Positions 37,058 through 47,079 of a DNA stretch of 64,000 nucleotides are shown here, one piece after another; the first letter of the stretch is position 1, and every line of letters starts with the position of its first letter. The position numbers and the translations under genes are program-made. Under the pieces are notes generated by a model, which was not told the origin of the DNA, did no database searches, and was given only the letters and a program-made list of their open reading frames with translations. Source of the stretch: Bacteroidaceae bacterium (GTDB lineage: Bacteria > Bacteroidota > Bacteroidia > Bacteroidales > Barnesiellaceae_A); NCBI GenBank assembly GCA_017531985.1, contig JAFXJY010000019.1, positions 1,009 through 65,008 of the forward strand. Direction: 5' to 3'.

Positions 37058-38446
37058 TTACTTAAAGAAAAACTTGATAATATCGTTGCCATTGGCATAT
37101 ATGAGTAGTGCAAAGAGGAGGAAAAGTCCCACAGTCTGGGCAATCTCCATAAATTTGTCACTGGGCTTGCGACGAGTTACTACCTCATAGAGCAGAAAGA
37201 GGACATGACCTCCATCCAATGCGGGAATGGGGAGTATGTTCATAAAGGCAAGTATCACCGAGAGGAATGCAGTCATGCTCCAGAACGAATACCAGTCCCA
37301 TTGCGGAGCAAACAGACTGCCAATGGCACCAAATCCGCCCAAACTCTGAGCTCCTTCCTTGGTAAATACATACTTGAAATCGCTTACATAATTGACCAGT
37401 CGGCTCACACCCAACTCAACACCTCGTGGTATGGATTGCCACAACGAATACTTCTTGGTAACAAGTGTAAAGAGTTCGTTGATGGGGGTAAGCATAATAC
37501 CGATACGTCCCAGCGAGTCGGTCATGACGGTCGATGTCATGAGGCTGTCGCCTCGCATATAGTGCAGTGCAACAGGTTGAGAAGGGAAGTTCTGCAACGC
37601 AGTAGAGAGTTCGGGGAAAGTAACAATGCTTATGCTGTCGACCCCCACAATGCGGTCGCCACGAGTAAGACCTGCTGCATATGCCCCCATCCCCTCTTCC
37701 ACTTCATTGACAACAGCGGGTAGACGATAAGTGGCAAAACCGGTATTTTGTTGCATAATTTTCAGCATCATACTATCGTCAATGGCAACAGCAACCTCGA
37801 CACCGTCACGCAAGACTGTAACCTCATCGGCTGCGATGATGGCATGCAATGACTCATTGGACATGTAGTCGAGTTTCTTGCCATCGGCTGCCAAAATGAT
37901 GTCACCGTTGCAGAAACCGGTTTCGAGAGCCGGCTGACTAAATTCCATACCTGCGGTGGCATTCTCGAAGGGCAGATAGGTTTCGCCCCAGTGGAAAGTG
38001 ATACCGGCATAGATGATGATGGCAAGAATAAAGTTGAACAGCACACCTGCTATCATAACGAGCAGACGTTGCCATGCCGGCTTGGTGCGAAATTCCCAAG
38101 GTTGAGCCGGTTGTTTCATCTGTTCGAGATCCATCGACTCGTCAATCATACCCGATATTTTCACATATCCGCCAAAGGGTATCCAGCCGATACCGAACTC
38201 GGTGTCGCCGGGCTTGGCTGCCCACATAGGTATCTCAAAACGTAACTTGTCACATATCTTTACGACCAACGATTGTGCCTCACGCTTGAAACTGATGAGT
38301 GCAAACTTGTAGTCGAAGAACATGAAGAAACGCTCGACACGAATGCCAAACATTCGGGCAAATATGTAATGACCGAACTCGTGAAATGTAACGAGTATCG
38401 AGAGACTCAGAATTAGCTGTAATGCTTTGATAATAAATGCTTCCAT
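37058..38446 (-). CDS. rseP: RIP metalloprotease RseP (site-2 protease, M50)
   Basis: HEFGHYIFARMFG, a PDZ region, and NILPIPALDGG; 462 aa. Confidence 0.9.
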   Translation of the reverse strand: MEAFIIKALQLILSLSILVTFHEFGHYIFARMFGIRVERFFMFFDYKFALISFKREAQSLVVKICDKLRFEIPMWAAKPGDTEFGIGWIPFGGYVKISGMIDESMDLEQMKQPAQPWEFRTKPAWQRLLVMIAGVLFNFILAIIIYAGITFHWGETYLPFENATAGMEFSQPALETGFCNGDIILAADGKKLDYMSNESLHAIIAADEVTVLRDGVEVAVAIDDSMMLKIMQQNTGFATYRLPAVVNEVEEGMGAYAAGLTRGDRIVGVDSISIVTFPELSTALQNFPSQPVALHYMRGDSLMTSTVMTDSLGRIGIMLTPINELFTLVTKKYSLWQSIPRGVELGVSRLVNYVSDFKYVFTKEGAQSLGGFGAIGSLFAPQWDWYSFWSMTAFLSVILAFMNILPIPALDGGHVLFLLYEVVTRRKPSDKFMEIAQTVGLFLLFALLIYANGNDIIKFFFK

Positions 38447-38461
38447 ACTTGTATATGCGTA

Positions 38462-39628
38462 TTATTTGAGAGATTCGATATATTGTGAAGCACATAGACG
38501 TGCCTCGCTATTGGTAGCTACATAGTCATCGTATCGGGGGGTGGTCATGAAGGCTACACGTTGCATCGTATGAAGCACCGTATCGGCAATGTGACAAAAT
38601 CCGATGCGTTGGTCGAGGAATGCAGCGACTGCTACTTCATTGGCCGCGTTCATGATGCAAGGCATATTGCCACCTTGCTCGATGGCATCGAAGGCATACT
38701 GCAAAAGGGGGAAACGCTCCATGTCGGGACGTTCGAATGTGAGTGTTGCATAGTCGATAAGCGACAACTTACGGTCGGTCGAAGGCAATCGTTGCGGATA
38801 GGATAAAGCATATCGTATGGGCAACTTCATGTCGGGTGTACCCAACTGAGCTTTAACAGCACCATCGGCAAACTCGACCATAGAGTGTACTATCGATTGT
38901 GGGTGTACGACGATTTCAATCTGTGAAGGCTCGACACCGAATAGCCACTTGGCTTCGATCATCTCAAATCCCTTGTTCATCAATGTTGCCGAGTCGATTG
39001 TAATTTTATTGCCCATCGACCAGTTGGGGTGACGCAATGCGTCGTCACGCGTAACATGTTGCAATTGCTCGCGAGTGTGCATTCGGAATGGTCCACCCGA
39101 TGCTGTAAGTATAATTTTCTCGATGGGATTATAAGCCTCGCCTACTAAACACTGAAAGATGGCCGAGTGCTCCGAGTCGACAGGTATAATGTCGGCACGA
39201 TACTCTTGTGCAAGCTGTGTAATGAGCTCACCTGCCACTACCAACGTCTCTTTGTTGGCAAGGGCGATGGTTTTACCAGCCTTAATGGCCTGTATTGTGG
39301 GTTGCAGACCGGCATAACCGACCATTGCTGTCACGACGACATCAATATCGCTCATCGTAACGGCATCGGCAATAGCATCGGCTCCGGCAAAGGTTTTGAT
39401 AGGTAGATGTGCAAGAGCGTCACGCAACTGTGTATAGTATTGCTCATTGGCTATTATCACCACCTCTGGTTGGTATTTAATAGCTTGCTCAATGAGTTTG
39501 TCTATTTGGTTGTTGGCTGTAATAAGGTACACCTCAAAGAGGTCGGGGTAGGCATCGACGGTCTCCAATGTCTGTCGACCTATCGACCCCGTTGAGCCTA
39601 ATACTGCCAATCGTTTACGTCTGTTCAT
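38462..39628 (-). CDS. dxr: 1-deoxy-D-xylulose-5-phosphate reductoisomerase
   Basis: LAVLGSTGSIGRQTL.., ..DSEHSAIFQC.., ..NAANE..; 388 aa. Confidence 0.9.
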   Translation of the reverse strand: MNRRKRLAVLGSTGSIGRQTLETVDAYPDLFEVYLITANNQIDKLIEQAIKYQPEVVIIANEQYYTQLRDALAHLPIKTFAGADAIADAVTMSDIDVVVTAMVGYAGLQPTIQAIKAGKTIALANKETLVVAGELITQLAQEYRADIIPVDSEHSAIFQCLVGEAYNPIEKIILTASGGPFRMHTREQLQHVTRDDALRHPNWSMGNKITIDSATLMNKGFEMIEAKWLFGVEPSQIEIVVHPQSIVHSMVEFADGAVKAQLGTPDMKLPIRYALSYPQRLPSTDRKLSLIDYATLTFERPDMERFPLLQYAFDAIEQGGNMPCIMNAANEVAVAAFLDQRIGFCHIADTVLHTMQRVAFMTTPRYDDYVATNSEARLCASQYIESLK

Positions 39629-39733
39629 TGTTCCTAAAAAAGTACTTTTCTATTCCAAATTACAAAAATACGAAAATTTTTTGGTATTGTCACAATGATG
39701 GCTCATAACAACACATCTTTTTAAAAAGTTTTA

Positions 39734-39754
39734 GGGAACTTGTAAAAAGTTCCC
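39734..39754. terminator. perfect 8-bp palindromic hairpin (GGGAACTT-gtaaa-AAGTTCCC) between the lipoprotein gene and dxr
   Basis: It is A/T-rich on both flanks. It may act as a terminator or attenuator on the minus strand. Its arm sequence resembles the 5' part of the recurring 30-nt motif. Confidence 0.4.
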
Positions 39755-39846
39755 TTTAAAAAGATGGTGCTTATAGGTCGAATATCACCGATTGCTTGAC
39801 GATGATAGATGAGCTTGATAAATAAGCCGAAGGCAAAGAATCGGTG

Positions 39847-40725
39847 TTATTTCAATTCAACCACCAAGTATCGCGATGCCGACCAGAAACGATCGGGATT
39901 GGTGATGTGCAACGTGTAGTATCCCTCATCGTCCTTAACCAACTCGTAACTGTCGCTCGGATGCGATGTACACACCTTGACTTTCTTGCTTTCGAGATAC
40001 AACGATGTAAAGTGTCGCATATCGGCCGATGTAAAGAAATCCTGATTAAAGTCACCTTTCAACACATCGGTGCGACTGAACAATCCTCCTCCTGTTAATA
40101 TGTTATTCTCACGCAGCTGTTCGGCATAGGCATAGGCGTAATAGACCTTGTTGAGGGCTATCTCTTGTGACGATAAAAGGGCATCTTGCCGACGATTGGT
40201 AAGAGTAAGGTCATCGACTTGTGTGGTGAGGCTATCGACTTGCACACCGAGTTGTTCGATGCGTTGTTCACGAGCAAACAGTGTTGATTGCAATGAGTTG
40301 ATAAGAGAGTCTTTCTCGGCTATCTGTTGTTTCAACAGTTCCACATTCTTACGCAGAGCGGCCGATTGGGCATTACCCGAGTTGAGTTTCTTCTCCAATT
40401 CGGCAATACGCTCACGATTGCGTTGAAGCGTTTGCGACATCAACTCAATATTGTCTTTTATACGACTCTGAGCCGATGTCGATACTTCGTCCGAGGTACT
40501 CTGCTCAATAATAAAATTCTCGGCACTCTTGATGGCTTGCATATCGGCATCGATGTCGGTAATGAAGCTTATCATCTCCTCATAGTATTCCTGAATTTCG
40601 GTATTGGCACGACGCAACGAGTCGTTCTCTTGCTGTAAGCCGCCTCTATCGGAGGTAAAAAAGTTGTCGCACGACACCATCAGCATCGCTATTGACATCA
40701 GCGTTATAAATAAGGACTTTTTCAT
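39847..40725 (-). CDS. coiled-coil lipoprotein, function unknown
   Basis: The signal peptide ends in a lipobox (LMVSCDN). About 170 aa of heptad-like Q/E/L-rich sequence is followed by a ~90-aa globular C-terminus. I recognise no catalytic motif. Confidence 0.6.
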   Translation of the reverse strand: MKKSLFITLMSIAMLMVSCDNFFTSDRGGLQQENDSLRRANTEIQEYYEEMISFITDIDADMQAIKSAENFIIEQSTSDEVSTSAQSRIKDNIELMSQTLQRNRERIAELEKKLNSGNAQSAALRKNVELLKQQIAEKDSLINSLQSTLFAREQRIEQLGVQVDSLTTQVDDLTLTNRRQDALLSSQEIALNKVYYAYAYAEQLRENNILTGGGLFSRTDVLKGDFNQDFFTSADMRHFTSLYLESKKVKVCTSHPSDSYELVKDDEGYYTLHITNPDRFWSASRYLVVELK

Positions 40726-40807
40726 TTCATTAAACGGTATTTATAAAGTTTCGTCATGATGGGTATTCTACAAAATAGCTATGAAGGATTATATCCAATA
40801 TAGTTTT

Positions 40808-41560
40808 CTAAACAGACTCGACCTGATTTATAGAATCAGCCTTATGATTCTTCATATGGGCATATTTATCTTTCTTGACGTGCGGTTGCTCGGGAGCACC
40901 TGCAACAACAATAACAATTTCGCCCTTAGGCTCGTTTTCGGTATAATGCCGAGCCAACTCACCGAGTGAGCCTCTCTGCGTATCGGCATGGAGTTTCGAA
41001 ATTTCACGACACACCGCAGCTTGACGTTCTTCGCCCATCACTTCGGCCAGTTGCAAGAGTGTCTTAACAAGCCGATAGGGAGACTCATATATAATCATGG
41101 TGCGTGACTCAACGGCTAAGGCTTCGAGTCGCGTATTACGCCCTTTCTTCTGAGGAAGGAAACCTTCAAAACAGAACTTTTCATTGGGCAATCCCGACAT
41201 AACCAGAGCCGGGACAAAAGCAGTAGCACCGGGCAGACACTCCACCTCGACACCGGCAGCTATACACTCTCGCACCAAGTAAAATCCGGGATCGGAAATG
41301 GCAGGTGTACCGGCATCGGTAATGAGGGCTATATTTTCACCTGCCTTGATGCGGGATGCAATAGACTGAGCCGTATTGTGTTCATTGAACTTGTGATGCG
41401 ATTGCAGGCGGGCTTGTATATCGTAATGTTTGAGCAATATTCCGCTGGTGCGTGTATCTTCTGCCAATATACAATCCACTTCACGCAATATACGCAAAGC
41501 TCGCAATGTGATATCTTCAAGATTACCTACCGGTGTGGGTATCAAATATAATCGTGCCAT
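40808..41560 (-). CDS. rsmI: 16S rRNA (cytidine1402-2'-O)-methyltransferase
   Basis: MARLYLIPTPVGNLEDITLRALRIL..ILAEDTR.. The ATG at 41560 is preferred and lies 4 nt after the upstream stop. Confidence 0.9.
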   Translation of the reverse strand: MARLYLIPTPVGNLEDITLRALRILREVDCILAEDTRTSGILLKHYDIQARLQSHHKFNEHNTAQSIASRIKAGENIALITDAGTPAISDPGFYLVRECIAAGVEVECLPGATAFVPALVMSGLPNEKFCFEGFLPQKKGRNTRLEALAVESRTMIIYESPYRLVKTLLQLAEVMGEERQAAVCREISKLHADTQRGSLGELARHYTENEPKGEIVIVVAGAPEQPHVKKDKYAHMKNHKADSINQVESV

Positions 41561-41564
41561 GAGG

Positions 41565-42737
41565 TTATTGCTGCTTAAAATGACGTTCGACGAGTTCAAG
41601 AAATTCTTTCACCACAGGTTCTTCGGCACTCCAACCCAAGTCTTGCAACAGGTATTCGCAAGCCTCGGCATAATCGGACATGGCATCGATGAGATTGAGT
41701 GTATTGTTCATCTCGACATCTTTGTTACCGAAGAGTTCTCGTCGATAACGAAAACGATCGTTGAAGCTCAATGCTTTGCGTAGCTCTTTGGCACGATGCA
41801 ATGTTAACTTATCGCCGATAGTCATTACCGTCTCATCGTCATTCGATGTTTGTCCTCGGTTGTACCAATTATCTTCGGGTTCGGCAACCTCGACAACATC
41901 ATACTCTTCACCTACGGCAACGTACTCATCTTCTTCATCGATATAGTTGTCGAGCATTTCTATTGAGTCGTCCGAGAGAAGTATTTCGGCAACGGCAATA
42001 TCATCGCCAACTGCCATGTCACCCTTCTCCTTCCTATTTTCGACATCCATGTCATCGTCGACCGATGGAGAGCTTCCTTCATTATCGGACTTGCATGTAT
42101 TGTCGGCAATCACACCCGATTCAGTTGTATCTGTGATGTTAGTGGTTAAATCAATATCGTCGTTGATTACATGGTTATTCTCATTCGACACATCGATGTG
42201 ACTATCCGACTCATGTTGTATCGGATGCTCGTCGGTCTCTTCTTCAAACAAGAAGGCACTATTCACAGGAGAGTGACAATCCTTACCATCGGTGGCAATG
42301 TGTTCTTCGTCAAGAGGGTTTATCTCTTCATCGTCAATAAGAAGAGACGCAGCTTCGTCGCAGGGTCTATCCTCGCTTTTCACTTCAAGGTCATTACACT
42401 CCTCGGCATTACATTCTTGAACAGTTCTCTCATTCTCAATATCGGTTTCATCTTGCAGCTGACGCTCCGAGTCGATATTCTCGTCACCATCGGCATCCAC
42501 ATCCTCGCTTGTCGCATCATCGAGCCAAAGGGGATAATCGTCTGGAATGGTCACTGCCGAGGGTTGCATTTCGTCACGCCGAGCCTGCACCATCGATGTT
42601 ATCTGCTGAGACTTCTCGATGGCAAGTGTATAGAGTATGTCGGGCGTTTTATTGCCACCTTGTTCAATAACTATGAGTAGGTCGCGTAGCAGTGACAGCT
42701 GCTCCATCAGTGCTTGGTTATAATTCTTATTATCCAT
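41565..42737 (-). CDS. hypothetical protein with a long acidic low-complexity core
   Basis: MDNKNYNQALMEQLSLLRDLL.. starts from the ATG at 42737. About 230 central residues are D/E-rich. The ordered C-terminal ~90 aa read ..LSFNDRFRYRRELF... Confidence 0.55.
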   Translation of the reverse strand: MDNKNYNQALMEQLSLLRDLLIVIEQGGNKTPDILYTLAIEKSQQITSMVQARRDEMQPSAVTIPDDYPLWLDDATSEDVDADGDENIDSERQLQDETDIENERTVQECNAEECNDLEVKSEDRPCDEAASLLIDDEEINPLDEEHIATDGKDCHSPVNSAFLFEEETDEHPIQHESDSHIDVSNENNHVINDDIDLTTNITDTTESGVIADNTCKSDNEGSSPSVDDDMDVENRKEKGDMAVGDDIAVAEILLSDDSIEMLDNYIDEEDEYVAVGEEYDVVEVAEPEDNWYNRGQTSNDDETVMTIGDKLTLHRAKELRKALSFNDRFRYRRELFGNKDVEMNNTLNLIDAMSDYAEACEYLLQDLGWSAEEPVVKEFLELVERHFKQQ

Positions 42738-42821
42738 GTGACTCTGTTTTTTATTGTATGCAAAATTAGATATAATTACGATATATACAATATATACTAT
42801 CAAAAAAAGCGGTTAATGCCT

Positions 42822-44264
42822 CTAATGAAGAGTGGTAAAAAGCCGATGTAAGAAAAGTTCATAACTACTGCGTACTTGTGCATTGGTACAAGAGAAGTTA
42901 TTGCCCATCAAAGCAATGGCATAGGTCTTTCCTTCATGTATATAATAACCGGCATAACACAATACCCCGCTCATACTACCACTCTTTAACAGCAGCCTAC
43001 CGGGCAAAGGTCTACGCGACATGAAAGACCGTACGGTGGCATCGCGTCCGGCTTGGGGGAATATCGATAGATAACGTTGTCCCAATCGTTCATCGTGGAA
43101 GGCATGGGTCAACAGAGATGCCACAAAATGAGGTGTGAGTGCGTTTTTGCGTGACAGACCGCTGCCATCGCGAGCATTGACTTGCGATACATCAAGCCCT
43201 TCACCCTGCCACAACCTTCGCTGCATGTCGATGGCATGTGTCAAATCCACAGCTGTATTCTCCGATAGAGCCATATATCGTAACAATGACTCGGCATAGA
43301 GATTATCGCTATAAAACATCATCGTTCGTAACATGTCGTGCATCGGGTCGGAAGCATGATTATATAATACCTCGGTCATGGGTTGTATGTTATAATCAAG
43401 TTCACGACATAATCGGTCGGTCAACGATTCACCTTCCAAGACAATACCTTGTGCTTGCAGCGATGCCTTCATGTCAAGAGCCAACGCCAACGGAGGATCG
43501 GGCATGGCACATACCAGCGAGAATGTATCACGATGTGCCGGAACTTGACCTATCAATAAAGCCTCGGTAGCATAGGGATGCGATATGACAAAGGAGGAGT
43601 CCTTCTCACCTACTCTCAACATATTATCATAGTGCGATACGAAAAAATCGGTCGATGTTCCTAATATTTCGGGTTGAGTACCTTTGGCACCTGTTCGGAG
43701 ATATAGGTTGTAAGCATTACCTTTATAATTAATTCCATGACAAGCAGCTCCATAATAGTAACCAACGTCCTCAACCATCCAGTCGGTATAACCTCCATGT
43801 CGACAACTTGACGCATCGACAATGATGTGTCCATGTATTGTTTTTATACCGGCTTGTTCAATACAGCTTGTGGCTTGTTTGACAAACAGAGATTCGGGAT
43901 GTTCGGCACGTTTATGTCCTAATGAAGGGTCGATACGACCTTTCACTATTACGTCGCCATACAATACACCGTCTGTTATTGTCCCCGAATAACCCACCTG
44001 CGTGTAGATGCGTGCCGTATCATCATAACATGTCATTACCGAGGCAGCCGTGAGTACCTTCATTACCGAGGCAGGTACGAGTGCTTTCTCGGCATTGAAT
44101 GATGCCACCACTTGACGGGTATCGACATCGACAACGCATACTCCTATCGTAGCATGTCGAAGGCAATCATTTTCAAGCAATGGCCGATACATCTCCGAGC
44201 CTTTCACTACATGGCACAGACAGCACATCATTACCAACAACCACGACTTCCCTATAATGTTCAT
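42822..44264 (-). CDS. dacB: D-alanyl-D-alanine carboxypeptidase/endopeptidase (PBP4, S13 family)
   Basis: SVMK (SxxK) near the N-terminus and a KSGS (KTG-like) box near the C-terminus; 480 aa. Confidence 0.75.
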   Translation of the reverse strand: MNIIGKSWLLVMMCCLCHVVKGSEMYRPLLENDCLRHATIGVCVVDVDTRQVVASFNAEKALVPASVMKVLTAASVMTCYDDTARIYTQVGYSGTITDGVLYGDVIVKGRIDPSLGHKRAEHPESLFVKQATSCIEQAGIKTIHGHIIVDASSCRHGGYTDWMVEDVGYYYGAACHGINYKGNAYNLYLRTGAKGTQPEILGTSTDFFVSHYDNMLRVGEKDSSFVISHPYATEALLIGQVPAHRDTFSLVCAMPDPPLALALDMKASLQAQGIVLEGESLTDRLCRELDYNIQPMTEVLYNHASDPMHDMLRTMMFYSDNLYAESLLRYMALSENTAVDLTHAIDMQRRLWQGEGLDVSQVNARDGSGLSRKNALTPHFVASLLTHAFHDERLGQRYLSIFPQAGRDATVRSFMSRRPLPGRLLLKSGSMSGVLCYAGYYIHEGKTYAIALMGNNFSCTNAQVRSSYELFLHRLFTTLH

Positions 44265-44287
44265 GTTACTTTCGACGATTATGTTGT

Positions 44288-44321
44288 GTGAATTTCAGCT
44301 AATTCCACCGATTTATAATTC
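44288..44321 (+). repeat. degenerate copy h of the ~30-nt intergenic motif
   Basis: Sequence is gtgaatttcagctaattccaccgatttataattc. About 25 of 34 positions match copy b. It lies 24 nt upstream of the PBP4 start on the opposite strand. Confidence 0.4.
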
Positions 44322-44451
44322 ATTAGCTATCAGGTCAAAGAATAAAACGCATCAATCTTATCAAAGCTACCGATAGAAGTTTCATTATAAGTTACAAGAG
44401 GATGTCCGACAATAAGTCAAGGCACCCTCTTGTGATTACATCATGCTAATG

Positions 44452-45162
44452 TTACGCTTTTATATCGGCAGTCTCGGGTGAGATGAGCTTATATCCCTTA
44501 CCATGAATATTGATAATCTCGATTGAGGGATCATCCTTCAAGTGCTTACGCAGCTTGGTGATATAGACATCCATACTACGGGCATTGAAGTAGTTATCGT
44601 CAATCCATATCGTTTTGAGTGCATAATTACGCTCCAATATTTCGTTGACGTGAGCACAAAGCAAACTCAATAGTTCCGACTCTTTGGTAGTCAATTTAGT
44701 AGTCTTATCGCCTATGGCAAGTACTTGTTTCTGAGTATCGAATGTAAATTGACCTATGTGATAGAGTGTAACATCTTTGCCTTTCTTACCCTTCACGCGA
44801 CGCAAGATAGCCTCAATACGGAAAACGAGCTCTTCCATCGAGAATGGTTTGGTAATATAGTCATCAGCTCCAATTTTAAATCCTTCGAGAATATCTTCTT
44901 TCAACGACTTAGCAGTGAGGAAGATAATAGGTACTTCGCCATTGACGGCACGAATTTCCTGAGCCAGCGTAAAACCATCTTTCTTGGGCATCATCACGTC
45001 CAATACACAGAGGTCATATTTTCCTTTCAAAAAAGCCTTATATCCGGCTTCACCGTCCGAACAAAGTTCGGCTTCAAAATCCTTAGCTTGCAAATACTCA
45101 CGAAGCAACATACCTAAGTTCTCGTCATCTTCGCACAGCAAAATACGCAATTTTTCGTCCAT
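44452..45162 (-). CDS. rprY: OmpR-family response regulator (RprY-like)
   Basis: Receiver motifs (ILLCEDD, LCVLDVMMPKKDG, LTAK) plus a winged-helix C-terminus; 236 aa. Confidence 0.8.
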   Translation of the reverse strand: MDEKLRILLCEDDENLGMLLREYLQAKDFEAELCSDGEAGYKAFLKGKYDLCVLDVMMPKKDGFTLAQEIRAVNGEVPIIFLTAKSLKEDILEGFKIGADDYITKPFSMEELVFRIEAILRRVKGKKGKDVTLYHIGQFTFDTQKQVLAIGDKTTKLTTKESELLSLLCAHVNEILERNYALKTIWIDDNYFNARSMDVYITKLRKHLKDDPSIEIINIHGKGYKLISPETADIKA

Positions 45163-45168
45163 AGTTTT

Positions 45169-46725
45169 TTATTTTTTAATTAATGGTAATGTTATAATAA
45201 ATGTAGAGCCTTCGTTAAGTTCACTTTCGGCACGGATGTCACCATTGTGATCTTTGATAATCTTATGCACATAGGCAAGTCCCAGACCGAAACCTTTGAC
45301 ATCGTGTCGGTTACCGGTGGAGACACGGTAGAACTTATCGAATATTTTCTTTAAATCGTCTTTCTTAATACCTATACCATTATCGCGAATGGATATTTCG
45401 ACCTTGTCATCAGCGATAATTCGCGTACTGATAAAGAGCGACAATGGCACATCTTCGCGGCGATATTTCACAGCGTTATCCAAGAGGTTGAATATAACGT
45501 TGGTAAAGTGCATATCGTCGGCGGCTATAACCATATCTTCGGCAGCTAAGTCGGCATCGATAGAACCGCCAAATTTCTCGACCTTGATTTTAAAGGTACT
45601 CATTACACCTGCTATCAGGTCGTTAACATCCACTTCGTGCAACTTCAACTGTGCTTTTTGGCGGTCAAACATCGACATTTGCAAAACCTTCTCGACTTGC
45701 AATCGCAATCGACGAGTTTCGTCATTGATAACACCCGATATGTGTTGCATCATCTGCGGGCTTTTGGTCATTGCCGAGTCGTTAAGCATCTGTGCTGCCA
45801 ACGATATGGTGGATATAGGTGTCTTAAACTCATGCGTCATGTTATTGATAAAGTCGTTTTTCATGTCGGTTAGCTTCTTCTGTCGGAAGACAATAATCAA
45901 GGTAAACGTAAAGGTTACCAACATGATAAAGGTAAATATAAACGACGGTATAATGAATCGTACGGAGTCAAACAAATAATCGTTCTTGGTAGGGAAATAT
46001 ACTCTCAACGTATTGCGACGCCCGGGAGGGTCGTTGGAAAAAATTATCTGCGAAAATAATAGATTGTTGGCTATTGCCGGATTATAATCTTGACTATGAT
46101 ATACCACTTTACCTTTGTTATCAATCACAGCCAATTCAAAGGGGAGATTCAGACCATTATTTTCGAGTGCGACTTTCACATACTCTTTCAGTCGCAGTGT
46201 ATCGACACGCTCGAGAATGGGACGAGATGCCGCTTCGCCTAATATATTGATTATCACTCGATCAATCAACTTACGCTGATACTCATACTGAAAGTGCAAC
46301 ATATCCTCCATGTTGCGATATACATCGAGAATGGAAGCTGACAATTGCGAGGGTCGTGTCAATGTCGATGGGCTACCGGATGGTTGTTTCAGACTTTTAG
46401 TATATTTTTTCAACTCATCGAAAGGATAGACCTTGATAGCTCCATCGGGCGATTTAATTGACAACTGGGGTTGCAGAAATATTTCGCCCACAACGTCATT
46501 GTCACCCGAAACAATATCCAGTTCCAATCCCTCTTGAAGATACTTCTGTGTCTCCTCACGTTCAAGCTCACGCGACACATCTGAAAGGCTTCGCCGAACG
46601 GCCTCGGTGAATTGTTCATTACGCATTTTTATCATATTTTCCATATAGACAAACTGCGTAAAAAGCAACCCGACGAAGGTTATAACCATCGTTATTGCCA
46701 GAAACCATATCGTCGACTTTTTCAT
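45169..46725 (-). CDS. rprX: sensor histidine kinase (RprX-like)
   Basis: Two TM segments, an H-box MTHEFKTPIS, an N-box LLDNAVKY, and G-boxes DNGIGI and GFGLGL; 518 aa. Confidence 0.8.
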   Translation of the reverse strand: MKKSTIWFLAITMVITFVGLLFTQFVYMENMIKMRNEQFTEAVRRSLSDVSRELEREETQKYLQEGLELDIVSGDNDVVGEIFLQPQLSIKSPDGAIKVYPFDELKKYTKSLKQPSGSPSTLTRPSQLSASILDVYRNMEDMLHFQYEYQRKLIDRVIINILGEAASRPILERVDTLRLKEYVKVALENNGLNLPFELAVIDNKGKVVYHSQDYNPAIANNLLFSQIIFSNDPPGRRNTLRVYFPTKNDYLFDSVRFIIPSFIFTFIMLVTFTFTLIIVFRQKKLTDMKNDFINNMTHEFKTPISTISLAAQMLNDSAMTKSPQMMQHISGVINDETRRLRLQVEKVLQMSMFDRQKAQLKLHEVDVNDLIAGVMSTFKIKVEKFGGSIDADLAAEDMVIAADDMHFTNVIFNLLDNAVKYRREDVPLSLFISTRIIADDKVEISIRDNGIGIKKDDLKKIFDKFYRVSTGNRHDVKGFGLGLAYVHKIIKDHNGDIRAESELNEGSTFIITLPLIKK

Positions 46726-47024
46726 GCTATATTCATTTATATTACTACAACCTTTAAAAAGCTGTCTATTTTTTTATGAATTAAACAAACTATAATATAG
46801 TTATGTTTAGAAATTGTAACAACAGAGACCTGCGGCTTGTTTAACAATTCGCTGCAAAATTAACAAATAAATGTTTATTACAAAATCCTATCAAGCACAA
46901 TTTCAGTCGATTTTTACATTTTTAACCAAAAAAGCAAAAATCACAACATTTCCGCTTTGTCACATTATAGCACTAAAATTATTGCAATTACCGGGATATA
47001 AGAAAATATACCTATATAATCGTA

Positions 47025-47056
47025 TAAAAAAAATTGCCCGACATCGGGCAATTTTT
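47025..47056 (-). terminator. intrinsic terminator of the FGE-domain gene
   Basis: ATTGCCCG-acat-CGGGCAAT is followed by a run of 8 T on the minus strand. Confidence 0.7.
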
Positions 47057-47079
47057 CAATCAACGAAAGATTGCAAATA

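Noticed and set aside
39734-39754. The perfect palindrome GGGAACTTgtaaaAAGTTCCC, considered as a bona fide member of the 30-nt motif family.
   Set aside because: It shares only the GGGAACTT arm and lacks the conserved TTCCACAGAT half. I annotated it separately as a hairpin or terminator candidate.
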